Positions 9,085 to 23,532 of a stretch of 32,000 nt of DNA are shown in pieces. The position numbers and the translations under genes were made by a program. Source of the stretch: Candidatus Baldrarchaeota archaeon (GTDB taxonomy: Archaea > Asgardarchaeota > Baldrarchaeia > Baldrarchaeales > DXJG01); contig DXJG01000002.1 of assembly GCA_019056805.1 (NCBI GenBank), positions 7,855 to 39,854 of the forward strand. Reading direction: 5' to 3'. The notes under the pieces were generated by a model, which saw only the letters and a program-made list of their open reading frames with translations, was not told where the DNA came from and did not search any database. Positions within the stretch are counted from its first letter, which is position 1, and each line of letters begins with the position of its first letter.

Positions 9085-9181
9085 GCCCCGGTGGTGTAGC
9101 CCGGCCTAGCATGCGGGTCTGTCACAGGGCTACAACCCGTCAAAACCCGCGACCCGGGTTCAAATCCCGGCCGGGGCGCCA
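9085..9181 (+). tRNA. tRNA-Asp (anticodon GUC) with a 19-nt intron at the canonical 37/38 position; CCA encoded
   Basis: Acceptor stem GCCCCGG/CCGGGGC. D-arm GTGT-AGCCCGGCCTA-GCAT. Anticodon arm CGGGT-CTGTCA[intron 9125-9143]A-ACCCG. T-arm CCGGG-TTCAAAT-CCCGG. Discriminator G, then CCA. TATA-like ATATATAA lies at 9046-9053. Confidence 0.9.
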
Positions 9182-9427
9182 ATGCTTTGTTTTATAAGAG
9201 TGAAAAGTTTGATGTTGCCTTGTATAATTCGTGGATACTTTCGTTAGCTGTGGGGCTGTTAATTGTGGTGCGAAAAAAATATAAGTTCGTAGTTTTCTCA
9301 TGGAATGAGAAAATTTATAAAGTTATTTGCATGATTGCTATGTTTACGATGAAATTGGTTATGTGGATTTTTATGAATTTTAATTTTATGGCTTTAGGAG
9401 ACTACCCTATAATATGGAGGGGTTCTC

Positions 9428-9679
9428 GTGGATAAAAAAAGGAAAAAAATTGATATATTCTGTCACGAGCTTGTTCCAAAGCATGAATTGTTAAGTAAGG
9501 AAGAGGCTGAGAAACTACTTAAGAAACTTAACATTTATCCTGAGCAATTACCCTGGATAAAGAAATCCGATCCTGCTGCAGTTGCTATTGGAGCAAAACC
9601 AGGAGATATTGTTAAGATTATTAGAAAAAGTCCCACAGCTGGAGAAACTGTTGTTTATAGATATGTTATTGATAAATAA
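9428..9679 (+). CDS. rpoH: DNA-directed RNA polymerase subunit H (Rpo5)
   Basis: 83 aa, GTG start with SD GGAGGGG 5 nt upstream. Motifs are [14 protein letters not shown] and [22 protein letters not shown]. Confidence 0.92.
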   Translation: MDKKRKKIDIFCHELVPKHELLSKEEAEKLLKKLNIYPEQLPWIKKSDPAAVAIGAKPGDIVKIIRKSPTAGETVVYRYVIDK

Positions 9680-9694
9680 GCGGGGGTTAATTTA

Positions 9695-12600
9695 ATGGAG
9701 AAACTTTCAATTTATGACAGATGGATAGTTATGAAAGCGTTTTTCGAAGAAAAAGGACTAGTTAGACAACACTTGGACTCATATAACGATTTCATTGAAA
9801 GAGGTCTTCAACAAGTTGTTGATGAAGTTGGTAAAATAGAACCCGAAATTGCTGATTTTTATGTAAAATTAGGTAAAATAGAAGTTGGAGAACCTATCAT
9901 AAGAGAAGCAGATGGATCTACCAGAAAAATTTACCCTATGGAAGCTAGAGTACGTAATCTAACTTATGCCGCGCCTATCTACCTTGAAATGACGCCAGTT
10001 TATGCTAATGGCAAAGAAGGAAAAACAGAGAAAATCTACATTGGTACGATGCCCATCATGTTAAAATCCAAAAAATGTCCCTTATCCAAGATGAGCAATG
10101 AAGAGCTTATTAAAATTGGTGAAGATCCTAAAGATCCTGGAGGATACTTTATTATCAACGGGTCAGAACGTGTTTTGGTTACTCAAGAGGATTTAGCTCC
10201 AAACCGGATTCTTGTCGAAGAAGGCACCAGTGGTAGTGCTGCAACTCATGTTGCCAAGGTATTTTCAACAGCAAAAGGGTTTAGAGCCCCTGTTACGTTA
10301 GAAAGACGAAGAGACGGGTCCCTAAGAGTTTCCTTCCCGTATGTTCCTGGCAAGATTCCGCTTGCAATACTCATGAGGGCTTTGGGTTTAGTCACTGATA
10401 AGCAAATCTCTAGTGCTGTCTCTGAAGATCCAGAAATTTTAAGGGAATTAATTCCTACACTTGAAGAGGCAGCTCCACTTTATGTAGTTAATGATCCCGA
10501 AAAGACTATTGAAAATGCGCTTGATTATATTGGTAAACGAGTTGCAGTTGGACAGAAACGTGAGTACAGAATTACTCGTGCTCAACAAGTGTTAGATAGA
10601 TATCTTTTACCGCATATTGGTACAAATCCTGAAGATCGTATAAAAAAGGCCTATTATTTAGGTCAGATGGCTCAAAAATTGCTTGAATTGGTTTTAGATA
10701 GAAGAAAGCCAGATGATAAGGATCATTATGCAAATAAAAGGCTGAAACTTGCCGGTGATTTACTTACTAGTCAATTTAGAGTCGCATTCCACAATTTATG
10801 TAGGGATATAAAATATCAACTTGAAAGAACAACTGTAAGAGGTAGAAAACCTCATATTAGAACTGCTGTTCGTGCTGACGTTATTACTGAGCGATTAAGA
10901 CATGCACTAGCTACTGGTAACTGGACTGGTGGTAAGGCTGGCGTAAGTCAATTATTAGACCGAACAAATTATATGTCAGCCCTAAGTCATCTTAGACGCG
11001 TCGTCTCTCCGCTTAGTAGAAGTCAGCCGCACTTTGAAGCTCGAGATCTTCACCCTACACATTGGGGTAAAATATGTCCAAATGAGACCCCTGAAGGACC
11101 AAACTGTGGTTTAGTAAAGAATCTTGCCTTGATGGCTCACATTTCTGTCGGTGTTGATGAAAACACCATAGAACGTTTGCTCTATGACCTTGGAGTTCAA
11201 CCCATTGAAGAAGTTAGAGGTAACCCTCGACAGAGAGGAGCCCGTGTCTTTCTTAATGGAAAACTTTTAGGAATTCATGTACAACCGGAAATATTTGTGA
11301 CAAAACTTCGTCAAATGCGTAGAAGGGGAGAAGTTAGCTCTGAAGTTAATGTTGCTTACTATTCTGATGTAAATGAAGTACAAGTGAATTGTGATGCAGG
11401 ACGTGTTAGGAGACCTCTAATAATTGTTGAAGGAGGAAAACCAAAACTTACAATTGAACACATCGAAAAACTAAGAAATAAAGAATGGACGTTTAGTGAT
11501 TTAGTCAAAAGAGGGATAGTTGAGTATTTAGACGCTGAAGAGGAAGAAAACGCTTTCATAGCATTAAATCCAGAGGATTTAACCCCTGAACATACTCATT
11601 TAGAAATAGAGCCATCAACTATCTTAGGGATAACAGCGAGTTTAATACCATATGCCGAGCACAATCAGTCACCAAGAAATTCTTATGAAGCGGGCATGGC
11701 AAAACAAGCTCTTGGACTTTATTCAGCTAATTTTAGACAAAGAGTTGATACAAGATCACATGTTCTCCATTATCCGCAAATACCTGTTGTAAAAACAAGA
11801 GCGATGGACGTAATAGGATTTGATGAACGTCCCGCTGGACAAAACTTCATTGTTGCTATTTTATCGTATGAAGGATACAATATTGAAGATGCCCTAATAA
11901 TCAACAAGGCATCAATCGAAAGAGGTTTAGCTAGATCTACGTTCTTTAGATGCTACGAAGCTGAAGAAAGAAAATACCCTGGAGGACAAGAAGATAGGTT
12001 TGAAATACCGGATAAAAACGTTAGAGGATATCGAGCTGTAGAATATTACAGCAACTTGGCTGATGACGGTATCATTGAACCTGAAATTGAAGTAAAGGGC
12101 GGAGATGTTCTCATAGGTAGGACAAGCCCTCCAAGATTCCTTGAAGAATATGCTGAACTTGAGGTAACAACACAAATTAGACGTGAAACTTCCGTAAGTA
12201 CGCGACACGGAGAAAAAGGCATCGTAGACACAGTAATATTAACTGAAACTTCCGATGGAAGCAGACTTGTCAAAGTTAAAGTTCGAGATGAAAGAATTCC
12301 GGAGCTGGGCGATAAATTTGCATCGAGACATGGACAAAAAGGAGTAATAGGCCTCATAGTTCCGCAAGAAGATATGCCTTTCACCGAAGATGGTATTGTT
12401 CCCGACTTAATAATTAATCCACATGCTATACCATCACGTATGACATTAGGACAACTTATAGAATCTATTGCTGGAAAAGTTGGAGCTCTTTCAGGTAGGA
12501 GAGTTGACGGCACACCATTTTCAGGAGAAAAACCTGAAGATCTTGCACAAGAACTCAAGAAATATGGCTTCAAGTACAATGGTAGAGAAGTTATGTATGA

Positions 12601-13045
12601 TGGTATAACCGGAAGAAAATATGAAGTAGATATTTTCATTGGTGTGGTTTATTATCAAAAGCTTCACCATATGGTAGCTGATAAAATCCACGCAAGAGCG
12701 CGAGGACCAGTTCAAATACTTACAAGACAGCCTACTGAGGGAAGATCAAGAGAAGGCGGTTTAAGGTTTGGTGAAATGGAAAGAGATTGTTTAATAGGAC
12801 ATGGTGCAGCTATGTTACTCAAAGACAGGCTTTTAGAGGGCTCAGATAAAACTGACATTATTATTTGTGAAAAGTGTGGTTTCCTTGCATACTACGATAG
12901 AAATAGAGATAGATATTATTGTCACATTCACGGCGAAGATGGAACGTTTTCAAGAGTTTCCGTTTCATATGCATTTAAACTCCTTCTTCAAGAATTAATG
13001 TCTCTTTGTATATCACCAAAATTAATCCTCGAGGAAAAAGCATAA
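9695..13045 (+). CDS. rpoB: DNA-directed RNA polymerase subunit B (Rpo2), unsplit
   Basis: 1116 aa with [40 protein letters not shown] and a C-terminal Zn ribbon CEKCG...CHIHG. A single ORF rather than split B'/B''. Confidence 0.98.
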   Translation: MEKLSIYDRWIVMKAFFEEKGLVRQHLDSYNDFIERGLQQVVDEVGKIEPEIADFYVKLGKIEVGEPIIREADGSTRKIYPMEARVRNLTYAAPIYLEMTPVYANGKEGKTEKIYIGTMPIMLKSKKCPLSKMSNEELIKIGEDPKDPGGYFIINGSERVLVTQEDLAPNRILVEEGTSGSAATHVAKVFSTAKGFRAPVTLERRRDGSLRVSFPYVPGKIPLAILMRALGLVTDKQISSAVSEDPEILRELIPTLEEAAPLYVVNDPEKTIENALDYIGKRVAVGQKREYRITRAQQVLDRYLLPHIGTNPEDRIKKAYYLGQMAQKLLELVLDRRKPDDKDHYANKRLKLAGDLLTSQFRVAFHNLCRDIKYQLERTTVRGRKPHIRTAVRADVITERLRHALATGNWTGGKAGVSQLLDRTNYMSALSHLRRVVSPLSRSQPHFEARDLHPTHWGKICPNETPEGPNCGLVKNLALMAHISVGVDENTIERLLYDLGVQPIEEVRGNPRQRGARVFLNGKLLGIHVQPEIFVTKLRQMRRRGEVSSEVNVAYYSDVNEVQVNCDAGRVRRPLIIVEGGKPKLTIEHIEKLRNKEWTFSDLVKRGIVEYLDAEEEENAFIALNPEDLTPEHTHLEIEPSTILGITASLIPYAEHNQSPRNSYEAGMAKQALGLYSANFRQRVDTRSHVLHYPQIPVVKTRAMDVIGFDERPAGQNFIVAILSYEGYNIEDALIINKASIERGLARSTFFRCYEAEERKYPGGQEDRFEIPDKNVRGYRAVEYYSNLADDGIIEPEIEVKGGDVLIGRTSPPRFLEEYAELEVTTQIRRETSVSTRHGEKGIVDTVILTETSDGSRLVKVKVRDERIPELGDKFASRHGQKGVIGLIVPQEDMPFTEDGIVPDLIINPHAIPSRMTLGQLIESIAGKVGALSGRRVDGTPFSGEKPEDLAQELKKYGFKYNGREVMYDGITGRKYEVDIFIGVVYYQKLHHMVADKIHARARGPVQILTRQPTEGRSREGGLRFGEMERDCLIGHGAAMLLKDRLLEGSDKTDIIICEKCGFLAYYDRNRDRYYCHIHGEDGTFSRVSVSYAFKLLLQELMSLCISPKLILEEKA

Positions 13046-13058
13046 TGGAGGAAAACAA

Positions 13059-17211
<4,153 letters not shown>

Positions 17212-17225
<14 letters not shown>

Positions 17226-17652
17226 GGTGAAACTAACAACAGATGAAATCCAATATATTACCTTTTTCGAAGGATTAACAGGCGCCGTAGCTAAAGATTG
17301 CATAATAGACGAAAATGCTGATAGAATAATTTTTCTTGTTAAAACAGGTGATCTAGGACTGGCTATAGGAAAACGAGGGACAAATGTTAAAAAAATAAGA
17401 AAACTTCTCGGGAAACCTGTGGATATTGTAGAATATGCCGACACACCAGAGGAAATGATAAAAAATGCATTAATGCCGGCCAAGGTTAAGTCTGTACACA
17501 TAACTGAACGAAGAGACGGTAAGAAAGTTGCCATAGTGACTGTGGATCCCAAAGATAGAGGAATAGCTATAGGTAAAAACGGAAAAAACGTTGCAAAAGC
17601 GAGGATCCTGGTGCAGAGACACTTTAATATTGATGATGTTATTATCAGTTAG
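17212..17652 (+). CDS. nusA: Archaeal NusA-like transcription termination/antitermination factor (two KH domains)
   Basis: 146 aa with two GxxG KH motifs (AIGKRGTNVKKI, AIGKNGKNVAKA). Overlaps rpl30e by 14 nt. Confidence 0.9.
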
Positions 17653-17683
17653 ACCCAGCGACACGGTTTTTGACGAGAAAAAC

Positions 17684-17692
17684 TTTAAATAA
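17684..17692 (+). promoter_or_regulatory. Candidate internal TATA box (TTTAAATAA) ahead of rps12
   Basis: Sits in the 106-nt gap after nusA, 67-75 nt upstream of ATG 17759. The predicted leader would retain SD AGAGGT (17745-17750). Confidence 0.3.
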
Positions 17693-17758
17693 GGAGTACA
17701 TAATCTAAGCTTCGCAACATTCTCATCAAAATATTATGTGATATAGAGGTAGAATTAA

Positions 17759-18202
17759 ATGACGGGACTAAAGGCTCCAAGAGGAGAATTCGCAGCAAGA
17801 AAGTTAAAGATGAAAAGACAGAAACTCAGGTGGAAAAGCTGGGAATATAAAAGGAGAATGTTAGGTCTAAGAGTAAAAGCTGATCCACTAGAGGGAGCTC
17901 CGCAAGCCAGAGGAATAGTACTGGAAAAGGTTGGCATTGAAGCAAGACAACCTCATAGCGCAATTAGAAAATGTGTTAGAGTCCAGTTAATTAAAAACGG
18001 AAAACAAGTTACAGCCTTTGTACCCGGTGATGGAGGCCTATTATTCATTGAAGAACACGATGAAGTAATCATAGAAGGAATAGGCGGAAGAAAGGGAAGA
18101 AGTTATGGCGATCTCCCAGGAGTAAGATGGAAAGTAGTAAAAGTTAATGGAGTTTCACTTAAAGCACTTTTAGAGGGTAAAAAGGAAAAACCACTGCGTT
18201 AA
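17759..18202 (+). CDS. rps12: Ribosomal protein uS12
   Basis: 147 aa with [40 protein letters not shown], typical of archaeal S12. Confidence 0.96.
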   Translation: MTGLKAPRGEFAARKLKMKRQKLRWKSWEYKRRMLGLRVKADPLEGAPQARGIVLEKVGIEARQPHSAIRKCVRVQLIKNGKQVTAFVPGDGGLLFIEEHDEVIIEGIGGRKGRSYGDLPGVRWKVVKVNGVSLKALLEGKKEKPLR

Positions 18203-18396
18203 TCAAAATATATTATGAAAGATATTAACTTCCAAATAGGTTTCTGAAAAAATCGACATTATTTAATACATTAAAAATTATGTTGAAAGACTTTAGATAG
18301 GTTTATATAATTACCCAACTATCTTCCAAAAATAACATCTCAAAAACAATAATATTAAAAATTTCAAGAATAACTCTCTTTAGGAGGGAAGTACAT

Positions 18397-19692
18397 ATGT
18401 CCGAAAAACCACACTTAAACCTAGTAATAATTGGCCACGTAGACCATGGAAAGTCAACCCTAATGGGGCACCTCTTATACCTTGCAGGAGCTATAGATGA
18501 AAGAACACTCAAAAAATACGAGGAAGAGGCAAAGAAAATCGGAAAAGAGAGCTTCAAATTTGCATGGGTCCTAGACAAACTGAAAGAAGAAAGAGAAAGA
18601 GGCCTGACAATAGACTTAGCTTTCTGGAAATTTGAAACTGACAAGTATTACTTCACAATAATCGATGCTCCAGGTCACAGAGACTTTATAAAAAACATGA
18701 TTACAGGTGCTAGTCAAGCAGATGCAGCAATACTTGTTGTATCAGCTAAAAAAGGAGAATTTGAAGCAGGAATAGGTCCAGGAGGCCAAACAAGAGAACA
18801 TGCATACCTAGCATTTACTTTGGGCGTTAACCAGATAGTAGTAGCTGTAAACAAGATGGATGACCCCTCGGTAAATTGGGGCCAGGAAAGATACCAAGAA
18901 ATAAAGAATGAAGTATCCCAATTACTAAAAGAAATAGGATATAAGGTAGACAAAATACACTTTGTTCCAGTATCAGCTTGGACCGGTGATAATCTGGTAA
19001 AGAAAAGCGAAAAAATGCCATGGTACGACGGACCAACCCTTATGGAAGCTCTAAACATGTTCGAAATACCACCAAAACCAATTGACAAACCCTTAAGAAT
19101 TCCAATACAAGACGTCTACAGCATTACTGGTGTAGGTACGGTGCCAGTTGGAAGAGTAGAAACCGGAGTACTAAAAGTTGGTGATACAGTGATTTTCGAA
19201 CCAGCAGGAGTAAAAGGAGAGGTCAAAAGCATTGAAATGCATCACGAACCACTCCAAGAAGCTGTACCAGGCGATAACATAGGATTTAACGTTAAAGGTG
19301 TATCAAAGAAAGATATTCGCAGAGGTGACGTTGCAGGACACCCAGACAAACCACCGACGGTGGTAAAAGAATTTATTGGACAAGTTATAGTAATTTGGCA
19401 TCCAACATCTATCGCACCAGGATACACACCGGTATTACACGCCCATACAGCTCATATTGCCACTAGATTCGCTGAACTATTAACAAAAATCGACCGAAGA
19501 ACTGGTCAGGTCGTTGAAGAAAAACCAGCATATCTGAAAAGAGGCGATGCTGCCCTTGTAAAATTTGTACCAACAAGACCTTTCGTAATAGAAAAATATG
19601 CTGAAATACCACAACTTGGAAGATTTGCAATTAGGGATATGGGTAAAACAGTAGCCGTTGGAATCGTAAAAGAAGTAACACCAGCAAAATAA
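18397..19692 (+). CDS. tuf: Translation elongation factor EF-1 alpha
   Basis: 431 aa with [17 protein letters not shown] and NKMD G-motifs. SD AGGAGGG lies 7 nt upstream. Confidence 0.98.
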   Translation: MSEKPHLNLVIIGHVDHGKSTLMGHLLYLAGAIDERTLKKYEEEAKKIGKESFKFAWVLDKLKEERERGLTIDLAFWKFETDKYYFTIIDAPGHRDFIKNMITGASQADAAILVVSAKKGEFEAGIGPGGQTREHAYLAFTLGVNQIVVAVNKMDDPSVNWGQERYQEIKNEVSQLLKEIGYKVDKIHFVPVSAWTGDNLVKKSEKMPWYDGPTLMEALNMFEIPPKPIDKPLRIPIQDVYSITGVGTVPVGRVETGVLKVGDTVIFEPAGVKGEVKSIEMHHEPLQEAVPGDNIGFNVKGVSKKDIRRGDVAGHPDKPPTVVKEFIGQVIVIWHPTSIAPGYTPVLHAHTAHIATRFAELLTKIDRRTGQVVEEKPAYLKRGDAALVKFVPTRPFVIEKYAEIPQLGRFAIRDMGKTVAVGIVKEVTPAK

Positions 19693-19723
19693 CCTCCCAT
19701 CTTTTTCTCTAGGTGAAAACAAA

Positions 19724-20029
19724 ATGCAAAAAGCAAAAATAAGACTCACATCGACTAGTGCCAAACAAATCGAAGAAATATGTCAACAGATAAAAAATAT
19801 AGCACAAAGAACGGGGGTACATATTTCAGGACCAATGCCACTACCAACGAAAAAATTGAAAGTTCCAGTGCGAAAATCACCATGCGGTGAAGGAACCGCA
19901 ACATGGGAACATTATATATTAAAACTACACAAACGACTGGTTATTATCGATGCAGACGAGCGCACGTTACGTCAAATAATGCGAATAAGAATTCCACCAG
20001 AAGTATTTGTTGAATTAGAAGTAACATGA
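19724..20029 (+). CDS. rps10: Ribosomal protein uS10
   Basis: 101 aa, [15 protein letters not shown]...[10 protein letters not shown], in the conserved position after EF-1 alpha. SD AGGTGA upstream. Confidence 0.95.
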   Translation: MQKAKIRLTSTSAKQIEEICQQIKNIAQRTGVHISGPMPLPTKKLKVPVRKSPCGEGTATWEHYILKLHKRLVIIDADERTLRQIMRIRIPPEVFVELEVT

Positions 20030-20213
20030 AATATAAATTCATACTTGTTTTTCAATCCCAAATCTAATTTAACTAAAATATATAATTCAGTGCTGATGTC
20101 AATTTTATTTTTATGATTATTTAAGTTTAAAAATAAAAACATTAAAATGAATGCAAGAGAAGATTTATTTTAAGTAGTTTATAACCATTATTTTACCCTA
20201 TACCAGTTATCCT

Positions 20214-20344
20214 GCCGGGGTAGCCAAGTGGACTACAGGTTTCATTCCGGTCAAGGCGCGGGCCTTGAGTTCCGCAAACAAGGGCCACAGGACAGCCCGT
20301 GGCCCTTACGGGCCGCGTGGGTTCGAATCCCACCCCCGGCGCCA
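20214..20344 (+). tRNA. tRNA-Ser (anticodon UGA), type II, with two introns (19 nt in the D-loop, 24 nt at 37/38); CCA encoded
   Basis: Acceptor stem GCCGGGG/CCCCGGC. D-arm GCCAAGTG[about 20232-20250]GTCAAGGC. Anticodon arm CGGGC-CTTGAG[20270-20293]A-GCCCG. Long variable arm T-GGCCC-TTAC-GGGCC-GC. T-arm GTGGG-TTCGAAT-CCCAC. Discriminator G, then CCA. Mature length is 88 nt. Confidence 0.85.
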
Positions 20345-20428
20345 TTTAAATTTATATAGAAGGCATAAAAACTAGTTTGATTGAATGCAGTATATGCTAG
20401 TGATAAACTAGATTTGTAGGTGAATCTA

Positions 20429-20869
20429 ATGACAGGTGGATTTAGATTTTTGGAACATACTGCGGATGTTTACGTTGAATCATGGGGGGAAACCTTGGAG
20501 GAAGCATTTGAATGGGCAGCAGTCGGCATGTTTGAAGTTATGACAGACTTAAAGAAAGTGGAAGCAAAAGAAAAATATGAAATTTCCGTAAAAGGTGAAG
20601 ATCTTTATGCACTATTATATGAATGGCTTGAAGAACTACTTTTTATTTTTGGTTCCCAGGGGATGGTCTTCTCCAAGTTTAAAGTGCATAAAATAATGAA
20701 AAAAGAAAGCAACGGACATATGTTATCTGGTGAGGCGTGGGGAGAATTATTCAATATTGAGAAACATACCCAAAAAACGGAAGTAAAGGCTATAACATAT
20801 TCTCTGATGGAAATAACAAAAAATAAGGACACAGAACAGTGGGTTGTTCGTTTTGTGCTCGATATTTAG
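20429..20869 (+). CDS. Archease (activator of the RtcB tRNA-splicing ligase)
   Basis: FRFLEHTADVYVESWGETLEEAFEWAAVGMFEVM and a C-terminal KAITYSLMEI...VVRFVLDI. The track starts at GTG 20420, but that GTG lies inside SD AGGTGA (20418-20423), so ATG 20429 is the more likely start. Confidence 0.9.
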   Translation: MTGGFRFLEHTADVYVESWGETLEEAFEWAAVGMFEVMTDLKKVEAKEKYEISVKGEDLYALLYEWLEELLFIFGSQGMVFSKFKVHKIMKKESNGHMLSGEAWGELFNIEKHTQKTEVKAITYSLMEITKNKDTEQWVVRFVLDI

Positions 20870-20879
20870 ACTTATATAG

Positions 20880-21353
20880 CTATCTAAATCTTAAGGTAAT
20901 CTGGTCTATTAACAACCTTGGTGTTATGTTTTTTCCCTTTCTTGGAAGCTTGACAAACCCAGCTTTTTGCAGAATGATAAGATCCTGGTAAACATTCTTT
21001 ATATTTCTGTTTAAATATCTGGCAAGATCAGATATAGATTCAAATTCTTCTCTTCCTAGAACTATAAGTATTTTTAGCCGTTCTTTTGTCAATATTTTCT
21101 TTAAAAAATCTATATTTTCTTCTTTTACTTCTTCTAGTACATAATCTAATTCTTCACCTTCTTCGTAGGCCTTATATGCATGCAACAGTCTTCTCCATTC
21201 CAAGTATTCTAAAACTTCTCTGATCGATGCTATACCTTTACTCATTTTCCATCCAAGGACCTCTATGCTCTTATATTTTTTCTCGTAAGTTTTTATTCTC
21301 ATAAAAACCTCATTGGGTTCCAATCTTCTAAGGTATATAACGTTTATTTTCAC
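20880..21353 (-). CDS. Putative transcriptional regulator with a C-terminal winged helix-turn-helix
   Basis: 157 aa. The C-terminal half SISDLARYLNRNIKNVYQDLIILQKAGFVKL...GKNITP looks like an ArsR/MarR-type wHTH. I do not recognise the N-terminal half. Confidence 0.6.
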   Translation of the reverse strand: MKINVIYLRRLEPNEVFMRIKTYEKKYKSIEVLGWKMSKGIASIREVLEYLEWRRLLHAYKAYEEGEELDYVLEEVKEENIDFLKKILTKERLKILIVLGREEFESISDLARYLNRNIKNVYQDLIILQKAGFVKLPRKGKNITPRLLIDQITLRFR

Positions 21354-21374
21354 TTAAAATCACCTAAAATGGAA

Positions 21375-21398
21375 TATGTAGACTTCTTATGCTACATA
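21375..21398. promoter_or_regulatory. 7-bp inverted repeat TATGTAG-N10-CTACATA in the divergent promoter region
   Basis: Perfect 7-bp arms, 22-45 nt upstream of the wHTH regulator start (21353, minus) and about 60 nt upstream of the SPOUT gene. Candidate operator. Confidence 0.25.
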
Positions 21399-21455
21399 AC
21401 TATTTCAAGAGAATAGGAAAATAATTTCTATTTAAAATATAATTATTAGGATGAG

Positions 21456-22367
21456 GTGTTTATATTGGAATTTCCTCCATTAAGAATAAAGCCTTTCATT
21501 TCAATGTTTATTCCAAATTCGATTCTTGATGAGGTCCCAGATCCGAGACAGAAAGCTATTAAAATTGGAACGATAGGTAGAGCTGCAGCTATATATCGTG
21601 TTGAAGAAATAATCATATATCCTGATACAAAAAAGCCAGGATGGAAAAGAAAATCAAAATACATAGAAACAATGTTAAAATATCTAGATACACCGCAATA
21701 TCTTAGGAAAAGAATTTTCAAACTTTCAAAGGAGCTTAAATATGTCGGTATACTCCCACCTTTAGCGACTCCTCATCACTCTCTTAAACGGAAAATTACT
21801 GAACTAAGTAATGGAGAAATTAGAGAAGGATATGTGATTAAAGTTTCAAAGGGGAAAGCACTCATTGATATAGGTACAGATCAACCACTTTTGGTTGATC
21901 TAAAAAACAAAAAGCTATCCAAAGGAAACAGGATTACCGTAAAAATTATCAAAAAAGATAGTGAAATTTTAGGTAGACCCGTTTCGAAAGAGAAAATAAA
22001 TATTTACTGGGGTTTTAAAGTAAGAGCCCTTAAACCCTTACTTGGAGAGTTTCTAAAAAAGCATCACTACGACCTAGTGATTGCTACATCTCGCTATGGA
22101 AAATTAATATCAGATGTTTATAAAGACCTCATTAGAGACTTCGCTCATGTTGAAACGGTTGCACTACTTTTTGGTTCCCCACGAGAAGGTTTATATGAAA
22201 TTTTGAGGAAAGAATCGATAAAACTTTCAGACATAGCAGATTACGTTATTAATATGGTTCCTGCTCAAGGTGTACGCACAGTAAGAACTGAGGAGGCAAT
22301 ACATGCGTCGCTATCGATCATAAATTTCTTACAGTTTCTAGCGTCTTCGAAACGGGAAATATATTAA
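21456..22367 (+). CDS. SPOUT-superfamily putative RNA methyltransferase (COG2106/DUF171, SPOUT1-like)
   Basis: Motifs are IPNSILDEVPDPRQKAIKIGTIGRAAAIYRVEEIIIY, LDTPQYLRKRIF and LPPLATPHH. The start is uncertain among GTG 21456, TTG 21465 and ATG 21504. Confidence 0.8.
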   Translation: MFILEFPPLRIKPFISMFIPNSILDEVPDPRQKAIKIGTIGRAAAIYRVEEIIIYPDTKKPGWKRKSKYIETMLKYLDTPQYLRKRIFKLSKELKYVGILPPLATPHHSLKRKITELSNGEIREGYVIKVSKGKALIDIGTDQPLLVDLKNKKLSKGNRITVKIIKKDSEILGRPVSKEKINIYWGFKVRALKPLLGEFLKKHHYDLVIATSRYGKLISDVYKDLIRDFAHVETVALLFGSPREGLYEILRKESIKLSDIADYVINMVPAQGVRTVRTEEAIHASLSIINFLQFLASSKREIY

Positions 22368-22407
22368 ATACTATGTGAAATTCTTATTTAATCATAAAAG
22401 AGAAAAG

Positions 22408-22415
22408 TTTAAATT
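22408..22415 (+). promoter_or_regulatory. Candidate TATA box (TTTAAATT) ahead of the rpl3 operon
   Basis: Lies 91-98 nt upstream of ATG 22506, with strong SD AAGGAGGA at 22492-22499. The call rests on position alone. Confidence 0.3.
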
Positions 22416-22505
22416 TCATGCCAATGTGAGATAGGTAGCTTTTTAAGTCTTTGAAGATAATTTCATCGTTCCATCTGGAATTTTAATAATAAAGGAGGAT
22501 AAACT

Positions 22506-23519
22506 ATGGGTCATCGAAAAAAGCATGCGCCCAAGAGAGGCTCGTTAATGTATTTACCACGTAAAAGAGCGGCAAGACCAATTGGTAGAATTCGTCATTG
22601 GCCTGATTATCTAGAAAAACCAACACTCTTGGGTTTTGCTGGATATAAAGCAGGAATGACTCATGTGGTTATTGTAGAAAATAATCCTAATAGTCCATTC
22701 TACGGACATGAGTTAGTTAAACCTGTAACGGTAATTGATGCTCCCCCATTAGTGGCATGTGCAGTTAGAGCTTATGAACAAACTCCCTATGGTCTTAGAT
22801 CAATAGGAGAAGCTTGGGTGAGTGATTTAAATAAGGATTTGAGCCGAGTGTTTCCAATTCCAAAAAACTATGATACTGATAAGGCATTTAAAAAATTAGA
22901 AGAGGAAATGAATAGAATAGTTGAGTTGAGGCTTATAGTTCACACCCAGCCAAGAATGGCATCAGGTGTACCGAAAAAGAAGCCTGAAGTTATGGAATAC
23001 AAAATATCTGGAGGAACTATAGAAGAACAGTTTGAATATGCAAAAAACCTTCTAGGAAATGAAATAAAAGTCAAGGATGTTCTTAAAGAAGGAAGTTTCG
23101 TAGACGTCATAGCTATAACTAAAGGCAAGGGATTTCAAGGTGTTATAGCAAGATGGGGAGTTAGAAGAAAACAGCATAAATCAAGAAAAACCGTTAGAGA
23201 GGTTGCAGCAATAGGTGCTTGGCATCCTGCAAGAGTCCGGTACACCGTACCTCGAGCTGGACAAATGGGCTATCATCAAAGAACGGAATATAATAAATTA
23301 GTGTTAAAAATAGGAGAAAACGGTCAGGAAGTAACTCCACTAGGAGGATTTCCACGATACGGTATAGTACGAGGCGATTATGTAATGCTCTTAGGATCTT
23401 GCCCTGGAACAGTAAAACGTTTAGTTAGACTTCGACACGCAATTCGCCCGCCTAAAGAAGTTACTGCGGAGGCTCCGAAAGTGCTGTATATTAGCACTTC
23501 ATCTAAACAAGGTAAATAG
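22506..23519 (+). CDS. rpl3: Ribosomal protein uL3
   Basis: 337 aa with HRKKHAPKRGSL, FAGYKAGMTHV and KGKGFQGVIARWG. Confidence 0.97.
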   Translation: MGHRKKHAPKRGSLMYLPRKRAARPIGRIRHWPDYLEKPTLLGFAGYKAGMTHVVIVENNPNSPFYGHELVKPVTVIDAPPLVACAVRAYEQTPYGLRSIGEAWVSDLNKDLSRVFPIPKNYDTDKAFKKLEEEMNRIVELRLIVHTQPRMASGVPKKKPEVMEYKISGGTIEEQFEYAKNLLGNEIKVKDVLKEGSFVDVIAITKGKGFQGVIARWGVRRKQHKSRKTVREVAAIGAWHPARVRYTVPRAGQMGYHQRTEYNKLVLKIGENGQEVTPLGGFPRYGIVRGDYVMLLGSCPGTVKRLVRLRHAIRPPKEVTAEAPKVLYISTSSKQGK

Positions 23520-23532
23520 TGGGGGGTAGTTG

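Noticed and set aside
9187-9435. 82-aa ORF between tRNA-Asp and rpoH
   Set aside because: It has a TTG start with no SD, begins 6 nt after the tRNA and overlaps the rpoH start. Its hydrophobic, Phe/Met/Ile-rich translation is typical of AT-rich non-coding DNA. The region is more likely the promoter and leader of the RNAP operon, since it contains TTTATAAA at 9314-9321.
12046-12639. 197-aa minus-strand ORF, plus smaller ones at 11359-11559, 11927-12208 and 12521-12715, inside rpoB
   Set aside because: They are fully antisense to an unambiguous RNAP subunit B gene. The translations are Ser/Pro/Leu-rich low-complexity sequence, typical of the reverse frame of a purine-rich coding strand, and there is no SD or promoter.
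18303-19764. Minus-strand ORFs overlapping the tuf promoter and gene (18303-18644, 18714-19088, 18827-19036, 19242-19427, 19480-19764, 19506-19736)
   Set aside because: All are antisense to EF-1 alpha or rps10, which are certain. None shows a recognisable domain.
21446-21721. 91-aa minus-strand ORF overlapping the SPOUT gene start
   Set aside because: It is antisense to the conserved N-terminus of the COG2106-type methylase and would leave the wHTH gene's promoter inside a coding region.
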